A stretch of DNA of 64,000 nucleotides, taken from NCBI GenBank assembly GCA_963666985.2, contig CAXXIA010000003.1, positions 32,001-96,000 of the forward strand, in the 5' to 3' direction. A program made the translations under genes and the position numbers. Source of the DNA: Spirochaetia bacterium (GTDB lineage Bacteria > Spirochaetota > Spirochaetia > DSM-2461). Shown in pieces: positions 20,185-29,411 of this stretch; position 1 is the first letter of the stretch; the number at the start of each line of letters is the position of its first letter. The notes beneath the pieces were generated by a model, which saw nothing but the letters and a program-made list of their open reading frames with translations, had not been told where the DNA came from and made no database searches.

Positions 20185-20206
20185 GCCCCGATCGCGGGAT
20201 CGGGGC
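20185..20206 (-). terminator. Stem-loop after the BMP gene (attenuating terminator or mRNA stabiliser)
   Basis: GCCCCGATC-GCGG-GATCGGGGC 9-bp stem followed by TTTC on the minus strand. Confidence 0.55.
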
Positions 20207-20230
20207 CGTTCTGTCTCAAGAATTTCGGAA

Positions 20231-21337
20231 CTACGGTTTGACCGAATTCCTCATACTGTTCAGCTTGTCGGAATCCATTCCCAGGGCGGTACTGACTTTG
20301 ATTTCACCGCTCTGAATCTTCGCTTCCAAATCCGACACCAGCGTTCGAATGTCCTCGGGCACAAGATCCCTGTAAACCTCATTGTCTGCCAATCCGACGG
20401 CTTCTTCCGCGAAACCGAGAGTTTCGGCCTTGCCGTAAGGACAGGTTCCGGCCATATGCATATCAATGGCCCGAAGAAGCGACATATCAACCCTCTTCAG
20501 AACGCTGGTTGTAATCAGCTTCGCCTTGGCCGGATCGGTTTCCATGAAAATCAGGGCCTGATCGGAATCGACGCCGATGGCATATTTATTCACATCTTTT
20601 GCGGCGTCCAGCAATCCCAGTCCCGCCTGACTGGCGACATTGTAGCCGATGTCGGCGCCGATATTGTACTGAGCCAGGGCCATTTCCTTACCCTTGGCGG
20701 AATCGGAAAAGGAACCGACGTAGGATATGGCGACCTTAACGGCGGGATCCACATATTGAACGCCTTCAATGAAGCCGACCAAGAAGTCGTTAATAACGGG
20801 AATATCCATACCGCCCAGGAATCCCACGACTTTATCGCTGTTGGCCAGCGGCATATCCGAATTGGTTATGGAAGCGGCCATGGCGCCGGCGACAAACGAA
20901 GCTTCGTTCTGCTTGTACATAATGGAATAGACATTCTCAAGTCCCAAGGAATAATCCACGGAAGTATCGAAGATAATGAACCGCTTATCGGGATATTCCG
21001 CGGCGACTTCCTGAAGCATTTCCGTCATTTGCCAGGTTCCGACAACAATAATGTCCCAATCGTCTTCAACGGTATCCAAGAGCGTGGGCTCCCACTTGGT
21101 TTCGTCGTAACCCATTTCAATGGTTTTTGTAACCGCACCGTATTTCTCATGAATCATCTTCATTCCGTTGTCGGCGGAATCAAAAAAAGATTTGTCACCC
21201 ATGGTTCCGTTCGCCAGATAGATCACTTTAAGAACATCATCCTTGGTTGTCTCCGCAGTCTTTTCTTTGCTGCAGCCGACGAAGAGAAGGGCTCCTCCCA
21301 AAACAAGAGCCGCCAAGATAACAACGAGCCTTTTCAT
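20231..21337 (-). CDS. BMP-family nucleoside-binding lipoprotein
   Basis: Lipobox LFVGC; GDKSFFDSA, VGFLGG, GSFSDSAKGKE, AIGVDSDQ, TSVLKRVD. Confidence 0.92.
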   Translation of the reverse strand: MKRLVVILAALVLGGALLFVGCSKEKTAETTKDDVLKVIYLANGTMGDKSFFDSADNGMKMIHEKYGAVTKTIEMGYDETKWEPTLLDTVEDDWDIIVVGTWQMTEMLQEVAAEYPDKRFIIFDTSVDYSLGLENVYSIMYKQNEASFVAGAMAASITNSDMPLANSDKVVGFLGGMDIPVINDFLVGFIEGVQYVDPAVKVAISYVGSFSDSAKGKEMALAQYNIGADIGYNVASQAGLGLLDAAKDVNKYAIGVDSDQALIFMETDPAKAKLITTSVLKRVDMSLLRAIDMHMAGTCPYGKAETLGFAEEAVGLADNEVYRDLVPEDIRTLVSDLEAKIQSGEIKVSTALGMDSDKLNSMRNSVKP

Positions 21338-21456
21338 TAGCTTTCTCCTTTTTCGGATCGGTCAATCTTACCCAATCCGTATTATTCAATTATGCTTTCT
21401 CAAGTCCCTTTCAGGAACAGCTTTTCTTCGAAATAAAAAGATTTTGTCTTTTAAAT

Positions 21457-22890
21457 TCACGAATATGAAACCATTTTTTTGGCCAAATCCGCGGTCCAGC
21501 GAGAGAGTTCACTGATTTTCATATGCTCCAAACCCGGTACATAAGTCTCCAAATCATCACCGATGGGATCGCTCCACGTTGCCGGCACAGGGAACATAAT
21601 GCCCAAAGCACTCCCGACTTCACCGGCATTGCAATCCACATCAACGCCGCAGTCGGCCAATATCCGAAACGCCCGAGTCAGATCGTTTCCGCAATACCAA
21701 AGAGAAAGAACCACGGCGACCATGTTCGGATATGCATGAATCCAATTATATGTTTTTAAATCCTCGTATAAAGAATCCCATGCCGCAATATGATCCTCAT
21801 CCGCTCCCTTGTCGAAACTCCGAGCGGCCGCGATGGTCTTATCCATCAATTCGGCGAATTCCGTTCCGTCGGGCACATAACGCCGGGACTCAAGGAGGAG
21901 CTTCCGGGAATCATCAAAAAGAAAGGCCAGTGAACTGAGGACCGCCGAATGAATCCCGGCGTAAACTCCGTTGGTATTATGAGAAACCGTTGAATCCATC
22001 CACGCGTATTTCGCCGCCCGCATCGGATCTCCCGGTGCGAGGAAACCGCAGACCATGGTCCTCATTTGAGCGCCGATCCATTCGGAAAAGGGATTCCCCA
22101 TTCGGCCGGATTCGGGAGGATACCAGCCGCGGCGTAAATTCTCCAATGCGAAATATTCCGCCGACCATCCCATCGGAATGTATTGCAGCCACATGTCCGC
22201 GATATCGTCCGCCGTTATATCCCGCGATTTATCCGCGGCACGCTGTGCCGCTTTCAGTACCATCAGTTCAAAAGTGATGTCGTCATTAAGCGTTTCGGGC
22301 GGCTTGATATAGCCGTTCAGCTTCTCACCGTACGTTTCCCGAAGAGTCTTCCCCGTATAGCCTTCCAAAGCGGTTCCGTAAGAACCTCCGGAAATCTGTC
22401 CCAGCCATGCCCGGTGTATCCGATCTTCCAAATCGGGAACATCGGAGGGAGAAAAAGGTGCCGCGGACGCGGCTCCTTCATCATTCGCCGCGGGCATGAG
22501 GGAACGGGCCTCCTCCCATGTATCGGGACGAACGGTTTTATGCGTCGGATGATTCTTATCGGGCACAGCCGAATTGAGGGCCTTTAAAATACGGCCCGAA
22601 AGCATATCCAACTCGGCATCGTTCCCACGTTCACAGGCCGCAAGACCATCATCAAGCAGAGCTTCGGCTTCGGAAACATCGTATCCCTGGTTGTATCGGG
22701 CCTGAATCATGGCGGTATACAAGCTTTCCGGAGCCCGCGATCCGGGAACCCGGCTGTCCCAGAATAATTTTAAATGAACCCGCCAACCGGCCAGAAGAAC
22801 GTCGGCGCCGCCCCAATCCGAAGGATCTTCCTCGAAATTTACGGGCCTCGCCGTTTCAATTTTTTCCAATTCCCTTTCCCAGGCTTTCAT
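21457..22890 (-). CDS. ADP-ribosylglycohydrolase-family protein with N-terminal extension
   Basis: AWLGQISGGSYGTALEG, NDDI, SEWIGAQMR, SHNTNGVY, DVDCNAG; likely ATG at 22890. Confidence 0.82.
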   Translation of the reverse strand: MKAWERELEKIETARPVNFEEDPSDWGGADVLLAGWRVHLKLFWDSRVPGSRAPESLYTAMIQARYNQGYDVSEAEALLDDGLAACERGNDAELDMLSGRILKALNSAVPDKNHPTHKTVRPDTWEEARSLMPAANDEGAASAAPFSPSDVPDLEDRIHRAWLGQISGGSYGTALEGYTGKTLRETYGEKLNGYIKPPETLNDDITFELMVLKAAQRAADKSRDITADDIADMWLQYIPMGWSAEYFALENLRRGWYPPESGRMGNPFSEWIGAQMRTMVCGFLAPGDPMRAAKYAWMDSTVSHNTNGVYAGIHSAVLSSLAFLFDDSRKLLLESRRYVPDGTEFAELMDKTIAAARSFDKGADEDHIAAWDSLYEDLKTYNWIHAYPNMVAVVLSLWYCGNDLTRAFRILADCGVDVDCNAGEVGSALGIMFPVPATWSDPIGDDLETYVPGLEHMKISELSRWTADLAKKMVSYS

Positions 22891-23034
22891 AACAATCATT
22901 ACCTCGCATTGATTTTGCACACTTTCGCTGAGTACAGATACCGTTACCCCGAAAAGAATAGAGCCTAATCCATTAATCGCTCCAATCTTCAGAGTATATT
23001 CCCAATAAATACGGCCCTTAACAACACCGAAGGT

Positions 23035-24189
23035 TTATATTTTTCGACGCCACTCCTTCGGCGACATACCGGTCACTTTCTTGAAGACTTTTGAAAAATA
23101 ATAGGAGTTTTCATATCCCAGCATTTCGGCCACTTCCCGGACTTTAATGCGTCGCTGCCGCATCAGCTCCATCGCTTTGTCGATCTTTGCCGAAGTCATG
23201 TAGCTGGAAAGCCCTTGTCCCGTCCGCTTTTTGAATACCGTTGAGAGATAGTTGGGACTCATTTCAAAATGTTCGGCGATATCGGAAATCGTCAGACGCT
23301 CCATCATATGTCCGCAGACATAAACCTTAACGGCATCGGTGAGTTTCCGGTGCGGCTTATCGGAACTCGGGTCCGCGAACACCACCGGACAATCACCGGT
23401 GGCTTGCTTCAGGGCCAGAAGGGCATCATCGTGAGACTCGCCGATTCGTGCCGGCTGTTCCGCGCTTCTGCCGATACCGGCCAAAAGCGGTGTATTGAAA
23501 TAAGTAGCCACGGCCGAGACGGCGTTCCGGGCCGCTTTGCCCGCATCTCCCGAATCGGCGCAGACGATTGCGGCAAACAGCGGGCCGTCCAGCTTCACCA
23601 ACCTGGAGGACATGCTGCGTCCGAGAATCTCTCCCGCCATATCCATCGCATAGCGCAAATCGTCAACTTCGGAGCGGAAACAGATAACGCTCCAGGGACC
23701 TTCGGGCAGACCGGCTTCAACCGCCGTTTCTCCGTCACCTTTTCCGGCGAGAAGCGGAAGCAGTAATCGATTCCCTTCTTCGGATACGGGCTGCCGATGG
23801 AGCTGCTCGTGTTGCTTAACTTTGGCCAGGGAGCGTTTCACGCAGGCAGAAAGAGTTTCCTCGGAGATTTCAATCTTTATTAAATAATCGTCGGCCCCCA
23901 GCCGCAAGGCCTTCTGCACCAGCGTAAAATCATCATAGCTTGTCAGAACGATGAACTGTCCGTCCCAGCCGGTATTCCGGCAGGCTTCCAGCAATTCCAA
24001 GCCGTCCATCACGGGCATCTTAATATCGCAAAATACCAAATCGGGTCTCAAACGGCCGATTATTTCCAGCGCCTGCCTGCCGTTGCGGGCCATACCGACA
24101 ATTTCCACACCCAGAGAATGCCAATCGAGCATCGACTTCAGGCCGACCTGAATCAAAGGATCATCATCGACGATAATCATCTTATACAT
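23035..24189 (-). CDS. Response regulator, REC plus AraC HTH (YesN-like)
   Basis: IIVDDD, DIKMPVMDG, DYLIK; C-terminal NYLSTVFKK and YFSKVFKKVTGMSP; ATG at 24189. Confidence 0.92.
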   Translation of the reverse strand: MYKMIIVDDDPLIQVGLKSMLDWHSLGVEIVGMARNGRQALEIIGRLRPDLVFCDIKMPVMDGLELLEACRNTGWDGQFIVLTSYDDFTLVQKALRLGADDYLIKIEISEETLSACVKRSLAKVKQHEQLHRQPVSEEGNRLLLPLLAGKGDGETAVEAGLPEGPWSVICFRSEVDDLRYAMDMAGEILGRSMSSRLVKLDGPLFAAIVCADSGDAGKAARNAVSAVATYFNTPLLAGIGRSAEQPARIGESHDDALLALKQATGDCPVVFADPSSDKPHRKLTDAVKVYVCGHMMERLTISDIAEHFEMSPNYLSTVFKKRTGQGLSSYMTSAKIDKAMELMRQRRIKVREVAEMLGYENSYYFSKVFKKVTGMSPKEWRRKI

Positions 24190-25957
24190 CGGTATCCTCC
24201 GAAATAAGCCGGTAAGGCAGTAAGAGGGTAACTGTTGTGCCCTCACCTATTGTGCTATTTACCTTCAAGCCGTAGTTCGAACCGAACGTAAGCTTAATCC
24301 GCTCGTCCACGTTGCTTAAACCGATGCGGTTGAATCGGCCGGATTTCTCCCGGGTTACAAGGGTCTCTCTCACTTGCTCATCCGTCATGCCCACACCGTC
24401 GTCATGCACCTGTAAGGAAAGACCATCTCCGAGACGCCGAATGGAAACGGTGACTGTACCACCGCTTTCTTTAGGAGCAAGACCGTGCAGAAAAGCGTTT
24501 TCAACGAGCGGCTGCAGGCTGAACTTGATAATTCGACAATCAAGAACGCATTCGTCGGGAATATCAAAACCCACTTCATAGAGGCTCCCCCGAATGGTTC
24601 GTTCCAAATCGATGAAGTACTCCAGCAACTCCAGTTCACGTCTGACGCTGATAATTTCATCAGTGCCTTTGGCAATCTCCTTCAGCAAAAAAGCCAGGGA
24701 ACTGACGGTCCGGGAGATGCCTTTGGCTTTCTGCATGTCGGCCATCCATTTAACGGAATTAAGCGTGTTATAAAGAAAATGCGGATTAATCTGCGACTGC
24801 AGCATATTCAGTTCAAGAATTTTACGCTGCTTCTCATCTTTAATCCGCTGGTCGATCAGACGGTGTACCTGCCGCGCCATACGATTAATGTCCACTCCGA
24901 TCCGTCCGATTTCATCGTCCGATTCAATCTCTCGATTAACGGCGAAATTGCCGCCGGCAATGGAATCCAACTGCAGAATAATCTTGTGAATCGGAGTATT
25001 CACCATACGGTTCATAAAGACGATAATCACTCCGGTCAGCAGCAGGATGCCACCAACCACGATAAGAAGCAGCATCAGATAATCGGCGCTGCCCAGATAA
25101 TCCGTCCGCGCCGGAATAACCTCGGCCAAAAGCCAGTCAAGCTCTTGCGATCGATAGGATATAAGGACTTCGGAATCACCAAACATCCTCCAGTGGTCCT
25201 CATCACTCATCGCCTCCAACAACGGGATAAGAGAGGCACTCTCGTGGGCCGCCACCAAACGATCACCTTCCAGAAGCCAAAGCTCACCGCCGAGGAGAAC
25301 GTAGAAACGCCCCTGTATTAATTTCTTTACCCTCAGAAAACTGTCGATAATCGCATGAGCATTAATCGTGATATACGTCCAGCCCTGAGGTGCACCGGGT
25401 GCCGCCGGATCGATGCGGCGAATAATCGGCATCGTCTGCACCTCATCGGCATACGGATATTGTATGGTATGAAGCAAATCGGGGATTTCGCTGTTGCGGG
25501 AAAGTTTTTCGGCGAAAAACGGAAGCCCTCGAACAACATCCAAATCACCGGGCAAACCGGAGATAACTCCCTGCTCAAGATAAGAGCCGTTTTCACTGGA
25601 AATAATGAGCTTATCGATATAACGCCCTCCGACGCTGCTGGAGATGCGGTCGTTCAAAACACGCCAAGCCTCAACCCGCAGCCTTCTGATGGTCGCTTCG
25701 TCGGTTTCGGCGACGAACATAACGATACGGCTGGTAGCGGTGGTCCAGTTGGCCAATTCCATGATATCGCCGACGACGTTTTCCATTTGCTCCGAGGCAA
25801 GCTGCAGGTTCCATCGCGAGGCCTGCACCGTGGTTCGCAGCGATTGGCGGTTGAAAATTCCCAGTATGATACCTGTGACGGCGATGAGTACGATGACGGT
25901 ACAGAGCACACACGCCAGCAGCATGCGGTATTTCAATGAAAGCGTTCGGTGCTTCAT
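24182..25957 (-). CDS. Sensor histidine kinase (YesM/LytS-type) with HAMP domain
   Basis: Two TM segments; LQSQINPHFLYNTL, LQPLVENA, DDGVG, IGLSNV; likely ATG at 25957. Confidence 0.92.
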   Translation of the reverse strand: MKHRTLSLKYRMLLACVLCTVIVLIAVTGIILGIFNRQSLRTTVQASRWNLQLASEQMENVVGDIMELANWTTATSRIVMFVAETDEATIRRLRVEAWRVLNDRISSSVGGRYIDKLIISSENGSYLEQGVISGLPGDLDVVRGLPFFAEKLSRNSEIPDLLHTIQYPYADEVQTMPIIRRIDPAAPGAPQGWTYITINAHAIIDSFLRVKKLIQGRFYVLLGGELWLLEGDRLVAAHESASLIPLLEAMSDEDHWRMFGDSEVLISYRSQELDWLLAEVIPARTDYLGSADYLMLLLIVVGGILLLTGVIIVFMNRMVNTPIHKIILQLDSIAGGNFAVNREIESDDEIGRIGVDINRMARQVHRLIDQRIKDEKQRKILELNMLQSQINPHFLYNTLNSVKWMADMQKAKGISRTVSSLAFLLKEIAKGTDEIISVRRELELLEYFIDLERTIRGSLYEVGFDIPDECVLDCRIIKFSLQPLVENAFLHGLAPKESGGTVTVSIRRLGDGLSLQVHDDGVGMTDEQVRETLVTREKSGRFNRIGLSNVDERIKLTFGSNYGLKVNSTIGEGTTVTLLLPYRLISEDTDV

Positions 25958-26176
25958 AGGCGTTTCGGTATCCCAAGTATCGTAACTCGAAACTCCCATA
26001 AGTCAAGAAAGATGGATTGGAGAAAATTACAGAGAATTGTAAAAAAGTACCTATGTTCCTCATCTCTTTCGGTGAAATTGGCAGGCAATCGGAGAGATTG
26101 CCCCGTTTTATGCTGAAAATAACGGACGTACAATTTTTAAAGATAAGTCTTATCAGAACCAAAGGAGGTCTGAAAT

Positions 26177-27452
26177 ATGAAAAAAATGTTAACGGTGTTC
26201 CTCGCCCTTCTTATGATCACTCCGATGACTTTATTCGCCGGAGGCCTCGAAAGAGGCTGCTCCCGAATCCGGAGTGGTAACCCTGAAATTAGCCGTCTGG
26301 GATGAGGCAACCACTGTTTACCCGAAGCCCATGGTCGATGCCTTTTATGGCGCAGAATTCAGACATTAAAGTTGAATTCGTCGATACGGCGGCCAATGAT
26401 TATCCGGATCGGTGGGCGGTTCTGCTGGCCGGCGGCGATACAACCGATCTGATCAGCATCAAGGACATGCCGGGATACGCCGGAATGGCCACCCGCAACC
26501 AGATTCTCAACCTGACGCCCTACATCAAGCAGGATAATTACGATTTGGGTCAGTACAGCGGGCTGACCAATGAATTCACCGTAGACGGCAATCTCTACTG
26601 CCTTCCCTTCCGAAGCGACATCTGGATTCTTTATTACAACAAGGAATCTGTTCGATGCGGCCGGAGTTCCTTACCTCCGCCAACGATATGACTTGGCAGC
26701 AGTATTTTGATCTGGCCAAGAAAATGACCAGCGGAAGCGGAGCCTCCAAAGTCTACGGCGCCCACCACCATACCTGGAGATCAACAACTCAATTGGCAAC
26801 CGTACAGGACGGGAAACATACCGTCATCGCCGATGATTATTCCTTCATGAAGTGGATGTATGAATTGATGATTAAAGCCCAAAACGAAGGCACCATCATG
26901 GATTGGGCTTCACAGAAGGCCGGGAATCTCCACTACCGATCATTATTCTATAACCAACAGTTCGCGATGATGCCCATGGGTACCTGGCAGATCGCCACCC
27001 AGATGTCGGCCAAGGAAAAAGGCGAGGCTCCTTTCGAATGGGGCATCGCAAAGTTCCCTCATCCCCCGGGAGTTAAAGCCGGAACAACCGCGGGTAACTT
27101 TACCGGCGTCGCCATCAACTCCAAGAGCGCGAATCCGGATGAGGCCTGGGAATTCCTGAAGTTCTACTGCGGCCCCGAAGGCGCCGATATCCTGGTAGGA
27201 CTGGGACAAATGCCCGCCGGACGCACACCGGAAGTTCTGGCTAAAATCGCCGCTAAAGAGGGCTTTCCCGAAGGCGGTGCCGAAGCGCTTCAGACCGTTA
27301 CCGTTCGTCTTGAGGCTCCCTATCATCCTCAGCTCTCCGCTATCGAGCAAATCCTGAACGAAGAACACGAACTGATTCTCACAGGCGGTAAGAGCATCAA
27401 TGCCGGTTTGGCCGATACGGGCAAACGGGTTAGAGCCTTACTCGGCAAATAA
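26177..27452 (+). CDS. Carbohydrate ABC transporter substrate-binding protein, frameshifted (probable sequencing errors)
   Basis: AGGAGG RBS, MKKMLTVFLALLMITPMTLFAGG signal; a continuous SBP_bac_1-like protein is recovered by removing single bases near 26247, 26346, 26646 and 26675. Confidence 0.8.
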
Positions 27453-27501
27453 CGGTTGAACAGAAAAAAGAATTAACCTTTACAATGCGGGATGAAGCAA
27501 T

Positions 27502-27612
27502 TGAGACGATTTCAAAAATCAGCGATTTTTGAAATGAAGCCCTTCTAAAACGGATTTAGAGAGGTTTCGGTCATCGATTACAAGCAATTTCATGAATTAT
27601 GAAATTGCCTTA
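27502..27612 (+). repeat. Three-hairpin intergenic repeat, copy C (complete)
   Basis: TGAGACGATTTCAAAAATCAGCGATTTTTGAAAT...GCAATTTCATGAATTATGAAATTGCCTTA. Confidence 0.85.
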
Positions 27613-27646
27613 TTCATCCCGCATTTCCTCATTAGGACGACATAAG

Positions 27647-28540
27647 ATGACCAAAGAACAAAAAAGGCTCCTGAAAAACAACGCCGTCGCCTATTCGTTT
27701 ATTCTCCCGAATTTCCTCGGCTTTGCGATTTTCACCTTGCTGCCGATGCTTGCCGCGATTATGCTGGTTTTCGCCAAATGGGATGGAGCGAGTCCGATAC
27801 GGTGGGTGGGACTTGCCAACTTCAAGGAAATGTTCACAGCCGATTTCTACTTTTGGAAATCCTTTTCAAATACGATTTGGTATTCTTTGGCGACCGTTCC
27901 CGCCACCATCATTTGTTCGCTAATCTTGGCCATCGTCCTTAATCGCCGAATCGCGGGACGGACCATTTTTCGAACCATTTACTTTTTTCCCTATGTCGCT
28001 TCTTTAGTGGCCGTAGCGGCTGTGTGGAACTTGATTTTCCACCCTACCATGGGGCCGGTGAACGAAATGCTGATGAAATGGGGAATTGAAAATCCGCCGC
28101 GCTGGACAGCCGACACATCCTGGGCGCTGCCGACGGTCATCATGGCCTCGGTCTGGCGCTATATGGGTTATTACATGATTATCTACCTTGCCGCTCTTCA
28201 GGGGATTCCCACATACCTCTATGAGGCCGCGGCCATCGACGGCGCATCAAAACGGCAGCAGTTCCGCAATATCACTCTTCCGATGCTCACTCCGACAACC
28301 TTTTTCGTCAGCATCATGCTGACCATCAACTGCTTCAAGGTCTTCGACCTGATTCTGTTGATGACCAACGGCGGTCCGGGTTACGCGACGAACGTGCTGG
28401 TTTTCAACGTTTACACGTACGCCTTCAAGCACTTCCGATTCGGATATTCCAGCACCTATGCCATGATCCTCTTTCTTATCGTACTGGCCGTAACTCTTAT
28501 TCAGTTCCGCGCCGAAAAGAAATGGGTCGCATACTTCTAG
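27647..28540 (+). CDS. Carbohydrate ABC transporter permease
   Basis: FILPNF, WVGLANF, YLAALQGIPTYLYEAAAIDGA (EAA loop); ATG at 27647 after AGGA. Confidence 0.93.
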   Translation: MTKEQKRLLKNNAVAYSFILPNFLGFAIFTLLPMLAAIMLVFAKWDGASPIRWVGLANFKEMFTADFYFWKSFSNTIWYSLATVPATIICSLILAIVLNRRIAGRTIFRTIYFFPYVASLVAVAAVWNLIFHPTMGPVNEMLMKWGIENPPRWTADTSWALPTVIMASVWRYMGYYMIIYLAALQGIPTYLYEAAAIDGASKRQQFRNITLPMLTPTTFFVSIMLTINCFKVFDLILLMTNGGPGYATNVLVFNVYTYAFKHFRFGYSSTYAMILFLIVLAVTLIQFRAEKKWVAYF

Positions 28541-28550
28541 GGAGGATGAA

Positions 28551-29396
28551 ATGGCACATATGACTTCTTTAAGAACAAAATCCATCATCTCGAATACAGC
28601 CGTCTATATTGTGATGATCTTCCTGGCCGTTACGATGCTGGTTCCCTTCTTCTGGATGCTCTCCGCGTCTCTGAAACGCGATATCGACGTCTTCATCTTT
28701 CCCATCGTCTGGATTCCGAAACCGCCTGTTTGGCATAACTACATCAGCATTTGGACGCGCATCCCGTTTGTAAGATTCTTTCTCAATACCATAAAACTGA
28801 CCGTTATCATCACGATTCTGCAGATCTTCACCTCCAGTTTCGCCGCATACGCTTTTGCCAAACTGCAGTTCAAAGGACGCAATTTTCTTTTTCTCAGCTA
28901 TGTAGCGACAATCGCGCTGCCCTGGCAGGTCTATATGATTCCTCAGTTCATCATGATGCGGCATCTCAGTCTTGCCGATACGCATATGGCGCTGATTATC
29001 ATTCAAACCTTCACCGCTTTCGGCGTGTTCCTTATGCGGCAATTCTACATGAACGTACCCAACGAGCTCTGCGACGCGGCGCGCATCGACGGTTTGAGTG
29101 AATACGGGATTTACGGACGCATCATGCTGCCGCTCTCAAAACCGGCATTAGCCACGCTGACGATCTTCTCATTCGTCTTCGTGTGGAACGACTTCATGGG
29201 TCCGCTGATTTATCTCAGCAGCGACAAGAAAAAAACGATACAGCTTGGACTGCGCCTGTTCATCCAGCAATACGGCGCCGATTATGCGCACATTATGGCG
29301 GCTTCACTGGTAGCGATGATTCCCGTCATTATCCTTTTTATTGCTTTCCAGCGCTTCTATGTCCAAGGCATCGCCACCAGCGGACTTAAAGGCTGA
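28551..29396 (+). CDS. Carbohydrate ABC transporter permease
   Basis: PFFWML, AAYAFAKL, ELCDAARIDG, WNDFMGPL, GLKG. Confidence 0.93.
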   Translation: MAHMTSLRTKSIISNTAVYIVMIFLAVTMLVPFFWMLSASLKRDIDVFIFPIVWIPKPPVWHNYISIWTRIPFVRFFLNTIKLTVIITILQIFTSSFAAYAFAKLQFKGRNFLFLSYVATIALPWQVYMIPQFIMMRHLSLADTHMALIIIQTFTAFGVFLMRQFYMNVPNELCDAARIDGLSEYGIYGRIMLPLSKPALATLTIFSFVFVWNDFMGPLIYLSSDKKKTIQLGLRLFIQQYGADYAHIMAASLVAMIPVIILFIAFQRFYVQGIATSGLKG

Positions 29397-29411
29397 ATCC
29401 GGAGAAGAGAA

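Noticed and set aside
20108..21340. 410-aa plus-strand ORF
   Set aside because: Antisense mirror of the BMP lipoprotein gene
21338..21456. Purine riboswitch ahead of the nucleoside transporter
   Set aside because: No purine aptamer core or three-way junction visible
26084..26102. GGCAATC-N5-GATTGCC palindrome as the response-regulator site
   Set aside because: Single short palindrome; AraC-type regulators usually use direct repeats; no second copy seen
26177..27452. Programmed ribosomal frameshifting in the SBP gene
   Set aside because: Several scattered shifts without slippery heptamers or stimulatory structures
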